DNA of 64,000 nt from Desulfatiglandales bacterium (GCA_963662465.1 OY759599.1:7456001-7520000), one strand, 5' to 3'; shown: positions 42,466 through 52,225, numbered from the stretch's first letter. Notes: generated by a model not told the origin, from the sequence alone. Numbers and translations are program-made.

Positions 42466-43509
42466 TCACGTTTGATGATCATCGTCGCCGGTTCGAAGTC
42501 GCAGGTCCCCGGCTTTTTTCTTGAGGGTTTTAAAATAATCCGAACCGGTGATTTTTTTTAAATCCGCATCCTGTTTGGTTCGATCGATTTTGACCCTTAA
42601 TGTTTTGACCTGGCGTTGCAGATCCTGTTCTCGTTTTTGAACGGCCTTGACCATATTGGAAAATACCCCTGCCAGGGTTCCCAGTTCATCGGGGCGGCTG
42701 CTGATGGCATGCAATTGGTTCACATGGGAATAATCACCGTCAGCCACCCGGCGGGCTTCATCCGTCAGGTTTATGATGGGGGCGGTAATTTTTTTTGAGG
42801 AGACCGCGCATACGGCAAGACCGATAATCAGAACCACCAGGGTAAGGGTCCCGACGGTATAAAGTTCCTCCACCCGGATCTTCTCCCGCATGGTGATCAT
42901 GATGCTGCAGATCCAGGTGGCCAGGACCGTTAGGATCAGCAGGTAATAGACGGCCAGGAGGGTGCGCATTTCAATGCGGGAAACCAGCAGATGAACGGCC
43001 TGCATGATGGGCGGCACCAGAATGAAGGCCCACAAGGTATCCGTGATGAAGATGGGCAGAAAAAAACCGAACAGGGCCTGGTGGAAAGGAATCCGGCCCA
43101 GCCACCACTCCACGCCCGTTGAAAAGGCGAAGGGCAGGCTGGACGCCAGCAACAGCAGAATCAGCAATTTACTGAAGGCGGCAATGGAAAGCACCGGCTT
43201 GATGCCCAACAACCCCGCAAGACCCGGAATAAACCCCATGAGTCCGTTGGCGAAGCTCCAATGAATCGCAAATAAAGGTCCCTTGCCCGCAATGGCGTAT
43301 CCGAGCATGTCGCCTAAGCTCCCACAGAAAAACCCCGCCGCCGGGCCGTACCATATCCCCATGAACATGGGCAGAACCACCTGGGGGCGCAACTCGGCAA
43401 AGTTGCATCCCGGTAGATAATATTTCCCTGACAAGAAATTGGCGAACCCGTAAACGCACCCAAAGGCGAGGCATATGCTGGAGATTTTGAGGGCGTTTCG
43501 TGAGGTCAT
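42466..43509 (-). CDS. ECF S-component-like membrane domain fused to HAMP and a short cytoplasmic tail
   Basis: LRPQV..GIWYGPAAGFFCG.LGD..WSFANGLMG S-component pattern; extra TMs; HAMP ITAPI..L..A..DELG.LA..F..M. Confidence 0.75.
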   Translation of the reverse strand: MTSRNALKISSICLAFGCVYGFANFLSGKYYLPGCNFAELRPQVVLPMFMGIWYGPAAGFFCGSLGDMLGYAIAGKGPLFAIHWSFANGLMGFIPGLAGLLGIKPVLSIAAFSKLLILLLLASSLPFAFSTGVEWWLGRIPFHQALFGFFLPIFITDTLWAFILVPPIMQAVHLLVSRIEMRTLLAVYYLLILTVLATWICSIMITMREKIRVEELYTVGTLTLVVLIIGLAVCAVSSKKITAPIINLTDEARRVADGDYSHVNQLHAISSRPDELGTLAGVFSNMVKAVQKREQDLQRQVKTLRVKIDRTKQDADLKKITGSDYFKTLKKKAGDLRLRTGDDDHQT

Positions 43510-43524
43510 GGGTCTTTCACAACC

Positions 43525-44280
43525 TTATTGGTTCAACGCCCTTGCCACCCTTTTCAGATCGGCGACAATGGGATGGTCGGGAAAGCGAACCGCGAAAATA
43601 TCATGACTGGCCAGGCCCATCATTTCATCGGAATGGGGGATGACGGCCGCCACGGGGCAATGATAGGTGCGGGACACCGTCTCGCGGATCTGTTCAAAAT
43701 CGAACGTTAAAGGCGCCTTATTGATGAGGATCATCATTTGGGGCACCTCCAGTTCCCTGGCCACTTCCACTGTCAATCCGGTTCCCTGGTAGTCCTGATA
43801 ATCGGGGCGCATGACCACCAGCAGGGCGTTTGAAATGGCGATGGAAAGCAGGGTCTCCTCGTTTAAGCCGGGATGGGTATCGATCACCAGGACATCCAGG
43901 TTCAAGGCTTTGATCAGGTCCCTGAAGCCGTCGCTGAGCAGGTTGATATCGTAACCGTCATGCAGGACCCTGGCGATATCGGCGGCATTGACGCTGGAGG
44001 GGATCAGGTACACGGCGCCGGTGCATTCCGGTCCCATAACGTCGGTGACGTCGCATGCGGTCTGCTCGATAGGGCATTTCCCCCACAGGTAATCATTCAA
44101 GGAATAAACCGCATCGTCTTCGTCCAACCCGAAAATCACGTGGATCCCCGGGGACTGGATGTCCGTGTCCACCACCCCCACCCGGAGTCCCTCCATGGCG
44201 TAGAGGGCCGCCAGGTTGGCGGATGTATTGGATTTTCCGGTTCCCCCCCTGAAGGAGTGAACCGATATTATTTTGGCCAT
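43525..44280 (-). CDS. MinD/ParA family ATPase (alternative upstream start to 44340)
   Basis: SFRGGTGKS deviant Walker A, DTDIQSPG, IDTHPG, INK. Confidence 0.88.
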   Translation of the reverse strand: MAKIISVHSFRGGTGKSNTSANLAALYAMEGLRVGVVDTDIQSPGIHVIFGLDEDDAVYSLNDYLWGKCPIEQTACDVTDVMGPECTGAVYLIPSSVNAADIARVLHDGYDINLLSDGFRDLIKALNLDVLVIDTHPGLNEETLLSIAISNALLVVMRPDYQDYQGTGLTVEVARELEVPQMMILINKAPLTFDFEQIRETVSRTYHCPVAAVIPHSDEMMGLASHDIFAVRFPDHPIVADLKRVARALNQ

Positions 44281-44766
44281 TGATGATGTTTCCGCCGTTG
44301 TTTGCATTTCCGTTTGTCGGGATATGACGCCATTGTTCATGTGAACCCGTTGTTTTCAAGCTGGAAAGTATAGGTCAGGGGATGTTTTGAGTCAATAGCA
44401 ACCGACGGCATGCAGCAATTCTAAATTTGAACGGGGTCTAAACATTTCACGGGAATCCGTGCAATGAGCGCTATCAGATACCCTCTGTTATACCCTTGAA
44501 AAGCCTTGACATCTCCTTCTATTTATAATTAAAAACAGTTGACCCTTGCTAAAAGTGGCAAGGAAATCCCGCCGTTCTTTTGTATCGAATCGTAAATGAA
44601 TGAAAAATCCGTGACCGATGAGGCCATGGTCTCTATTTTAGGTGATTATGCCTTTTAACCGGCACTGCTCATTATTGGCGTTACGCGCCGCTTATCTTAG
44701 TTATTATTTTATGGAATGTGGAGTGGAAAGACTTCGAATGTGAAATACTGAGAAGGAAAAAAGACA

Positions 44767-45318
44767 ATGGGGATACCTCAAAGGAAATTATTTACGAAAG
44801 ATGAATATCTGTTGTTGGAAGAAAGAGCAGAAACAAAGCACGAGTTAGTTAGTGGTGAAATATATGCAATGGCTGGGGCTAAAGAAAACCATGTGAAAAT
44901 AACAGGTAATATATTTAGAAATATTGCAAATCATTTACTTGAATCCCCATGTGATGTTTATTCAAGTGATATGAAATTATCAGCAGGGTTTGATTGTTAT
45001 TATCCTGATGTTTTTGTAAAATGCGACCCAGAGGATAATGACGAGTTAGTTAAAGAAAAACCAATACTTATTCTTGAAGTTTTATCAGATTCAACTAAAA
45101 ATTTTGACAGAGGAAATAAACTACAAAATTACCTTAAAATTCCAACTTTGCAAGAATATGTTTTGGTTAGCCAGCAAGAAGTTGAAGTATGGATATACAG
45201 GCGAACAGGAAAAAAATGGGAGATGGAAATTTTGAACGATAATGATGAACTTCATTTTATTTCTATCGATTTGAAAATTCCAGTTAGAGATTTATACGCA
45301 AAAATTTTATTGACTTAA
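44767..45318 (+). CDS. Uma2 (DUF820) family endonuclease
   Basis: HEL..GEIYAMAG..H, YYPDV, EVLSDST..DR..K..Y..IPTLQEYVLV; AT-rich. Confidence 0.9.
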   Translation: MGIPQRKLFTKDEYLLLEERAETKHELVSGEIYAMAGAKENHVKITGNIFRNIANHLLESPCDVYSSDMKLSAGFDCYYPDVFVKCDPEDNDELVKEKPILILEVLSDSTKNFDRGNKLQNYLKIPTLQEYVLVSQQEVEVWIYRRTGKKWEMEILNDNDELHFISIDLKIPVRDLYAKILLT

Positions 45319-45466
45319 AAAAATTAAGAATGCTGCTGCCGATAATCACTCACGAGGAACAAAAGCGGATACTGAATCTCATTCCGAAAGAATATGAGCC
45401 GGGAGCTTCGGAGGAACTGACAAAAATCATCGGCGAATCTCATATGAATACTGAGTCTCCCGAATT

Positions 45467-45808
45467 GTGAGAAACAATTTCCACCTAGTCCCTTGTGGGG
45501 GGACTGCTGGGTGTGACGCCCACAATGATGTTCTGTTTGCCTCTGTTTCACGAGAGAAGTTTGAGGTAATTGGGATTTTCAATCATAATGTCTTTGAAAG
45601 CAACGACTCAGGTTCTATGGCCGCAGAACGTTCACAGCTTTGGGCTATTTACGAAGAACGTGAACAAAGAGGTACTCTTCTAGGGCAACTATTTTTGGGT
45701 GGCATGGGAGGGCTTGGTATAACGATGTCCGGACATTCAGTATCTGTCGTTCGTGCTGCTCAAAGATATTATCAACTGGAATATACTCGTGAATATTTGC
45801 GGGACTGA
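45467..45808 (+). pseudogene. Hypothetical gene fragment
   Basis: Short ORF without a clear start/RBS in the cassette-like region. Confidence 0.35.
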
Positions 45809-45993
45809 GCTCATCTCGCGGCTTTTTAAGAAATTATGAGTGGGCATGTATTGCTAAGCTTTTATTAGGTTTCGCACTAAAAAGCCGGTGAGTATTGTGC
45901 TGGGTGGACGTTGTGCAGGCACGAGAAAAAGGATTGGGATTCTGATATCAATGAATCGACCAATTATCAACCGATGATAGAGGTAATCGACCG

Positions 45994-47103
45994 ATGATTA
46001 ACGAAATCTATATCGACAATTTTCGATGTTTGACAAATTTTCGGATCAAGCCGGGGGACTTTCAACTCTGGCTCGGGGACAATGGTTCAGGCAAAACTTC
46101 AGTGCTGGATGCCTTGCGTTACGTTCAACGGCTGATGCGCGGCGAGCATGTGGAGGATATCTTCAATAGAAACAGCCTGACAATCTGGGATAAAAGGCGA
46201 GATCAGACGATAGGGTTCTCCCTGATGATAGATGACGAAGCGTACAAATACGAATTGACGGTTGAATATGAAAATCAGGAAGATAAACAACGCATTAAGC
46301 GAGAAGAATTAATCTGGAAAGATTCGACCTTTTTCTTGTTCGATGGGCAGGATGCGCATCTCTACCGTATCAATTGGAATACGGGAAAAACAGAAGAGGG
46401 CGCCGTTTTCCCTGCGAATTGGGGTCGTTCGGTGATTCCGACAATTGCACAACGTGACGACAACAAGCCTTTAATCCGGTTCAGGGAAGAACTTGAAAAG
46501 ATTCTGCTGATTCAGCCGGTTCCATTGCTTGTAAAAGACGCCGCTGCATCCGAGTCGCGCAATCTATCGGAACATGCTGAAAATTTTGCCCAGTGGTATC
46601 GCCATCTCTTACAGGAACAACCCTCTATTGGTTATGGGGCAAAACAACTCCTGGAGGACGTTCTCCCGGGTTTCGAACAGTTGAGTCTCAGAGAAATCGG
46701 CGAATCTCGAAAATTGATAGCGACATTCCGCATCGAAGGCAAAGACCGCAACTTCGACTTCATGAATATGTCCGACGGTCAACGTCAATTGATCGTTCTC
46801 TATACAGTTTTGGAAGCGTTGCGCGCTGGAACCTTTTCGACAGTGCTATTTGACGAGCCGGACAATTTCGTTTCAATGCGCGAAATCCAACCCTGGCTTG
46901 AAAACCTTAACGACATCTGCGATGAACCAGACAAACAGGCCCTTATCATATCTCATCATCCTGAAATTGTTAACAAGATGGCAAGAGGCGCGGAGCTGTG
47001 GTTTTCCCGGCAGGCGGGGGCGCATGTTGTCGTAAGGCCTTTCCCCAAAGTAGCCGATTTGCCGCCGGCGGAAGTTATGGCGCGGGGATGGGAAAATGAG
47101 TAA
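45994..47103 (+). CDS. ABC-type (AAA_21/AAA_15) ATPase
   Basis: GDNGSGKT Walker A, MSDGQ signature, LFDEPDN Walker B, ISHHP. Confidence 0.9.
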   Translation: MINEIYIDNFRCLTNFRIKPGDFQLWLGDNGSGKTSVLDALRYVQRLMRGEHVEDIFNRNSLTIWDKRRDQTIGFSLMIDDEAYKYELTVEYENQEDKQRIKREELIWKDSTFFLFDGQDAHLYRINWNTGKTEEGAVFPANWGRSVIPTIAQRDDNKPLIRFREELEKILLIQPVPLLVKDAAASESRNLSEHAENFAQWYRHLLQEQPSIGYGAKQLLEDVLPGFEQLSLREIGESRKLIATFRIEGKDRNFDFMNMSDGQRQLIVLYTVLEALRAGTFSTVLFDEPDNFVSMREIQPWLENLNDICDEPDKQALIISHHPEIVNKMARGAELWFSRQAGAHVVVRPFPKVADLPPAEVMARGWENE

Positions 47104-47647
47104 AGCATCGCAAATTATCGTTTTCTGTGAAGACAAGGCCCACGAGGTGTTCGTAAAACGTTTCCTGAAAAAGGGATGGGGTGTAAAGCCTCGCGCAATC
47201 CGGGTGCCGCCTTATCCAAATGGAAAGAGATCAGGCAAAAAACATGTGTTGGATAACATTTCCCTGGAAGCCGAAGCGCTGCGCGGACGGCACGCCTCGA
47301 CGATCCTGCTGGTGATTCAAGATGCGGACGAACTCTCTGTTGCACAGGTAAAATCCAACTTGGACGCGAAACTTTTGCCTTCCAGAAACAATAATGAGCC
47401 AATAGCCTACATCATACCCAAATGGCATATTGAGACTTGGATAGCCTACCTGGATGGCGAGAATGTTGATGAAGCGGACAAAAACACCTACAAAAACAAC
47501 TATGGCAAAATCTCTGAGCTAAAGGATGCCCATCCCTTTATCGACAGACTTGCAGATAATTGCAGAGAGAATATACAACTCGAATTGCCCCCGAATTCAC
47601 TGGTCGCGGCCTGTGAAGAATTCAATCGAATACGCAGTGCATTATAG
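47096..47647 (+). CDS. TOPRIM-like (DUF4276/RloB-like) partner of the ATPase
   Basis: N-terminal IVFCED, QDAD DxD motif, IETW; 8-nt overlap with the ATPase. Confidence 0.6.
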   Translation: MSKASQIIVFCEDKAHEVFVKRFLKKGWGVKPRAIRVPPYPNGKRSGKKHVLDNISLEAEALRGRHASTILLVIQDADELSVAQVKSNLDAKLLPSRNNNEPIAYIIPKWHIETWIAYLDGENVDEADKNTYKNNYGKISELKDAHPFIDRLADNCRENIQLELPPNSLVAACEEFNRIRSAL

Positions 47648-47718
47648 GGGGAAACCTACCATGCCCAGATTGACGCCCATTCTGACTATCAGGACCAGAT
47701 GCGGTTTTGGAATAATCC

Positions 47719-47781
47719 TGCCAACCAAGCATTCAACCGGATTTTCAAAATTTTGAAAACCGGTTAATTTGGTCGTTGGGC
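47719..47781 (+). other. Integron attC recombination site
   Basis: R'' TGCCAAC, L'' ATTCAACC with extra C, L' GGTTAAT, central CCGG-A-TTTTCAAAA/TTTTGAAAA-CCGG with extra A, R' GTTGGGC. Confidence 0.85.
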
Positions 47782-47803
47782 GAGGAAGAGAGCATTATTC
47801 ATC

Positions 47804-48119
47804 ATGGCAAAGCGAAAACGAAAACTTACGTCTGCGGAAAAAACTGAAAAGAAACGACGGCGACAGGAATACATGACCATTTTCATAAATGGGAAGCAGA
47901 AACGAGTCAAACGTCCCCCGACGGTCGGAAGGGCTCCCGATTGACGAGTTCATCCGAAGAAACGCAGATCCCATCTGGCTTCTCCAAAACGAGATGTACG
48001 AAGAACTGCACCACTGGGAACAGCAACATAACCAGCAGGAAGAAGATGACAATCTCCAACCAGAACCTGCACGCGATTTCAAAAAGGTCAGCTGTATTGA
48101 CGACAAATTGCCTTTTTGA
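47804..48119 (+). pseudogene. Small cassette-type hypothetical gene with +1 frameshift at ~47927
   Basis: MAKRKRK..YMTIFINGKQKRVKRPPTV continues in a shifted frame as EGLPIDEFIRRNADPIWLLQNEM. Confidence 0.7.
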
Positions 48120-48121
48120 AA
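48054..48121 (+). other. Truncated/degenerate attC site
   Basis: R'' CTCCAAC, L''-like CCTGCACG, stem TTTCAAAAAGG/CCTTTTTGAAA; L'/R' missing. Confidence 0.5.
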
Positions 48122-48155
48122 GGTGTAAGGTATACACTTTGAGCATTTTTGGAGG

Positions 48156-48512
48156 ATGACAATGACAAGTCCGGGAACTAACCCTGTGTATCGAAAACTC
48201 GTCATCGTAGCGTCGTTTCCAACTACGGACATTTGGCTCGGTGATGACGAGGGACACTTTGTGCAAAAAGAGACAGGAACGCTCGAAACAAGTGTTATGG
48301 AAGGCCGATATACAGTCGAGTTTGGCTTAGGCACGCTCACCTATCCAATCCATCTCTCTAAAGATGCACGATACACAGAGGCGCAATTGCGCGAAGGCCC
48401 CACTTGCCCTCGGCCAATTCCAAATATCGAACCGGGAGAAGAGAATGGTCAGGCTTCGGGAAAAAGGGGCAAATTCTATCGTACAGATCTGAAACTGAAC
48501 CTGCCAATTTAG
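48156..48512 (+). CDS. Hypothetical protein (cassette-like)
   Basis: GGAGG RBS immediately upstream, 118 aa. Confidence 0.55.
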   Translation: MTMTSPGTNPVYRKLVIVASFPTTDIWLGDDEGHFVQKETGTLETSVMEGRYTVEFGLGTLTYPIHLSKDARYTEAQLREGPTCPRPIPNIEPGEENGQASGKRGKFYRTDLKLNLPI

Positions 48513-48535
48513 TCGCGAGGTGCGAATGGGCGAAG

Positions 48536-49312
48536 TTAGGACCAAGCCCAAAGAATGGTTTCTTTCTTCGGAAAATTGGTGGGCTGCCATGGCGCATCTC
48601 CATCAAGAGCCTGTTTGATCTGAACAACAAAATCTTGCGCGTATCGATAGCGCTGTCTTCCGTCTGCAAGATGGGCAATATGCCGGCCGGTTTCGATGAT
48701 GGCTGCCATGGGGAGGAAAAGGATATCGGCAAGCCACTGCTGAAGATTACGCGTCACCTGGGGGATCACCTTTTTTGCCTTTGCATTGCCGTCAGCGAAC
48801 CGGGCCGCACTCTCCAGTTGGGTAAAAATGGCCAACTGATCTGAACAGGTCAGCTGAGGCTTCCTGCCGCCTCTGGCAAAATTATTATACGCAACCCTTA
48901 AATCGGTATTTTGATCAGAGGATGCCTGAGCTACTTCGTATAAAGGTGGGGGAGCAGCCGGCCCGGTGATGCTCTCGGTTTCGATGTGGAGTTCCTCTTC
49001 ATTCCGAACGCTCAATTGAACCGTCAGGGTGTTCCAGTCTTTCTCACTGGTTTCACAGCCAAGAATAAACGATTGGCGGCCACAATAACCCAGTTCATTG
49101 ACACGACCGCGCACAATCCTGTCCGAATCCTGAACTTGATACTGGATGGAACTGAGTTTCTGTCCCTGTGCAAGCCACGAAAGGAGGCGTAGCCCTTCAA
49201 TGGCGTTACTCTTCCCGGATGCGTTGGCGCCGATCAGCATGGTCAACGCCGCCAGAGGAAGCTCTCCTTTTCGACAACTTTTGAAATGATCGAAAAATAT
49301 TTTTGATAACAT
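48536..49312 (-). pseudogene. Truncated AAA/ABC ATPase
   Basis: IGANASGKSN Walker A present; no ABC signature or Walker B before the stop. Confidence 0.7.
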
Positions 49313-49339
49313 CAGGATACCCTCCTTTTCTTGAATGGA

Positions 49340-50644
49340 TCAGTTCATCAGATCCGGTAACCAGGTGACGGTTTCAGGGACGGCGATCATGACCGCCGTT
49401 CCGAAAATAAGGGCCAGCAGAAACGGAAAAGCCCCCTTAAAGATGGTTACCAGGGGCACATCCTTGGCGATCCCTCGCGTAATGTAGACGCTGATGCCCA
49501 CCGGAGGGGTGATAATTCCCATGTGGGTGACCAGTACAATAATGATGCCGAACCAGATGGGATCATATCCCAGATTCATGGCAATGGGATAAAATATGGG
49601 GATTGTGAGCATGATCAGCGCCAATGAATCGATAAAACAGCCTCCCAACAGAAAAATTAAACAAATCAAGCCCATAATGGCCCAGGCCGGCCAGTTGAGC
49701 AGGGCCACGGCATTGGCCATTTCAAGGGGTATCCGCGTCAAGGCCAGGAAATGACCAAAAATAGTGGCGCCCGCAATGAGCATGATGACCATGCAGGATA
49801 TCTTGAGGGTGCCGTAAACGGCGTTCTGGAAGTTTTCCCAGGAAAGTTTATGGCGGAGCAGGACGATCAACAGAATGGTAAAGGCCCCCACCGCCCCTGA
49901 TTTTGTGGGAGTAAACAGGCCGGTTACCAGACCCCCCATGACAAACAGGAATACCGCCAAGGTTTCCCATAGTGCTTTCAGGGAAAAGAGCATCTCCTTG
50001 AGGGTGAACTTTTCTCCACTGGGTCCCTGTTCCGGTTTAATGGCGCAATAGATTCCAATGGCCGCCATAAACAGAAGGGTCATGAAAATGGCGGGGAGAA
50101 CCCCCGCAATGAACAATGCTCCGATGGATTGTTCCGTCAAAATGCCGTAAACGATGAGGACCACGCTGGGCGGCATCAAGGATCCGAGACCGCCGCCCGA
50201 GGCAACGCAACCGGTGGCCAGTTCCGATCCATAGTGATACCGTTTCATCTCGGGAAGACCGATGGTTCCCATGGTGGCGGTGGTGGCCGTGGCGGACCCG
50301 CAAACGGCGCCGAATGCTGCACAGGCGGCCACTGTGGCCATGGCAAGACCTCCCCTGACCCGCCCCGTGAATTTATAGGCCACATCATAGAGCGAGCCGC
50401 TGACGCCGGCATAAAAGGCGATGTAGCCCATGAAGACGAACAGCGGTATCAACGTCAACCCATAGGATGAAAAAACGCTGAAAATGTCCGTTGATAGGAG
50501 GCGCAATCCGGCCCTGATACTGGTCAGGTAGGAGAAACCGATGAACCCCACAAGGGCCATGACATATGCCACCGCCATACCGGTAAAGAGCATGAGGATG
50601 AGAAAAACGATGCCGATGATGCCCGCGATGGTGAATTCATTCAT
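49340..50644 (-). CDS. dctM: TRAP transporter large permease
   Basis: IPLFVFMG, GAVCGS, LGSLMPPS, ITPPVG; about 12 TMs. Confidence 0.93.
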   Translation of the reverse strand: MNEFTIAGIIGIVFLILMLFTGMAVAYVMALVGFIGFSYLTSIRAGLRLLSTDIFSVFSSYGLTLIPLFVFMGYIAFYAGVSGSLYDVAYKFTGRVRGGLAMATVAACAAFGAVCGSATATTATMGTIGLPEMKRYHYGSELATGCVASGGGLGSLMPPSVVLIVYGILTEQSIGALFIAGVLPAIFMTLLFMAAIGIYCAIKPEQGPSGEKFTLKEMLFSLKALWETLAVFLFVMGGLVTGLFTPTKSGAVGAFTILLIVLLRHKLSWENFQNAVYGTLKISCMVIMLIAGATIFGHFLALTRIPLEMANAVALLNWPAWAIMGLICLIFLLGGCFIDSLALIMLTIPIFYPIAMNLGYDPIWFGIIIVLVTHMGIITPPVGISVYITRGIAKDVPLVTIFKGAFPFLLALIFGTAVMIAVPETVTWLPDLMN

Positions 50645-51117
50645 GTGGGTTCTCTTCTATTTTTAAAGAGCGTCAGAAACTCCATAAAAATGACCAGCGC
50701 CAGGATGGCGCAGGCGAAAGACACCCCGTAGATGAGATAGAAGGTGGGAAACTGCAGCGTTGCCGAGACTTGCCCGGCGTCGCCCATTTCACCGGCGTAT
50801 ACCCAACATTGCCATGCCACCAGACAGAAGAGGCCCGATGACAAAAGGGCCGCCATGCCATCATTGACTTTTCTGATGCGCACCGGCAGCCGCATGCGAA
50901 GCAGGTCCACACCCACATGCGCTTTTTCCAGTTCCGCAAAAGGCAGGGCAAAGGCCAGCAACAAAAATGCCATCATACCCGTCAATTCTTCGGAGCCTAA
51001 AAGCGGATGCCCGAAGAAGCCGCCCACCACATCGGCGCATGTCAGGAGCATCATGGCGATGAGGCATACGCCGCCCGCCTTTTTAAGGATTTCCGAAAGC
51101 CACCTCGCAATATTCAT
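50641..51117 (-). CDS. dctQ: TRAP transporter small permease
   Basis: Four TMs, ADV..GSEEL, HVGVD. Confidence 0.88.
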   Translation of the reverse strand: MNIARWLSEILKKAGGVCLIAMMLLTCADVVGGFFGHPLLGSEELTGMMAFLLLAFALPFAELEKAHVGVDLLRMRLPVRIRKVNDGMAALLSSGLFCLVAWQCWVYAGEMGDAGQVSATLQFPTFYLIYGVSFACAILALVIFMEFLTLFKNRREPT

Positions 51118-51136
51118 GTTTTTCTCCGGCTTGAGG

Positions 51137-52225
51137 TTACTTTTTCTCCATGTATTCGCTTTCAAACTTTCCCTTTTGATGGTCTGCCAGTCGTGTTTTT
51201 ACAAACTCAAGCACGTCCTTGCCGGGAAGTCCTTTTTTTTCGTTTTCGTCAAGGTATTCCCGCAGTACCGGCTGGACCGCTTTCGTCCATCGTTTGGCTT
51301 CCTTGGGGCCGATGCCGATCATGGCATTACCGGATTGGAGCAGGAAATTGATCCCCTCAAAGGCGCCGGCTTCCCATGCCTTGCCGTGCTTGAAAATCCA
51401 TTCGCTGTTGATTTCCTCGATAATCTTTTGGTCCTTTTCGGACAGCGTATTCCATTTGTCCTTGTTCATGACCACAAAAAAGCCTAAGGAATACGCCGTG
51501 GGGTAGCAGGCGATGACATAGTCCGTCACCTCCGCCATCTTCCACCCCTTGTTGGATTCAAGCGGATACAAGCCCCCTTGGACCACCCCCTTTTGGAGGG
51601 ATTGATATAGTTCATTCATGGGAAAAGCGGTGGGGGTGCCTCCCAGGGTCTTGATCATGCCGGCGGTGGGGCCATGGGAACGGATCTTGAGACCCTTCAG
51701 GTCCTCCATTTTATGGACGGCTTTTCCTTTGGTGTGGATAAATCCGGGACCATGGGCATGCAGATAAAGGACTTTCACCTCGTCCAATTCCTTCGGCTGG
51801 AATTTTTCATAGACTTCATTGATGATGGCCGTCGAAACCTGTCCGCTGGGATATCCCAGGGGGAGATTGATGAAGTCCATCATGGGGAATCGCCCCCTCG
51901 TATATTGTAGAACGGAACATCCCACGTCCGAAAGACCCGTCTTGACCCCCTGGTAATTCTGAACGGCCTTGGTCAGGGTTTGCCCCGGGTAATGGGTTAT
52001 CTTTACCCGTCCCTCCGTTCTTTTTAGAACCTCTTGACACCATGCCGCTTCCAGTTTGCTTTGAGGATGGGTGGGGGGCATGAAGCCACTATAGGTCATC
52101 TGGATGGTGTCTTCCGCGACCGCAGTCATGGGCCATAGGAAACAGATCAGCGCCAGGGCTGAAACCGCTAGATTCAGGAGTGGAACTCTCACTGCGATGC
52201 CCCCATGAACAACCTTCTTCTTCAT
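51137..52225 (-). CDS. dctP: TRAP substrate-binding protein
   Basis: Signal peptide, DLKGLKIR, ELYQSLQKGVV, MNKDKWN.L. Confidence 0.92.
   Translation of the reverse strand: MKKKVVHGGIAVRVPLLNLAVSALALICFLWPMTAVAEDTIQMTYSGFMPPTHPQSKLEAAWCQEVLKRTEGRVKITHYPGQTLTKAVQNYQGVKTGLSDVGCSVLQYTRGRFPMMDFINLPLGYPSGQVSTAIINEVYEKFQPKELDEVKVLYLHAHGPGFIHTKGKAVHKMEDLKGLKIRSHGPTAGMIKTLGGTPTAFPMNELYQSLQKGVVQGGLYPLESNKGWKMAEVTDYVIACYPTAYSLGFFVVMNKDKWNTLSEKDQKIIEEINSEWIFKHGKAWEAGAFEGINFLLQSGNAMIGIGPKEAKRWTKAVQPVLREYLDENEKKGLPGKDVLEFVKTRLADHQKGKFESEYMEKK

Noticed and set aside
43525..44280. Cell-division MinD or plasmid ParA
   Set aside because: There is no minC/minE, parB or membrane-targeting helix, and the operon context is different
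44506..44529. TTGACA and TATAAT hexamers upstream of the cassette cluster (possible Pc-like promoter)
   Set aside because: The spacing is only 12 bp, incompatible with a sigma-70 promoter
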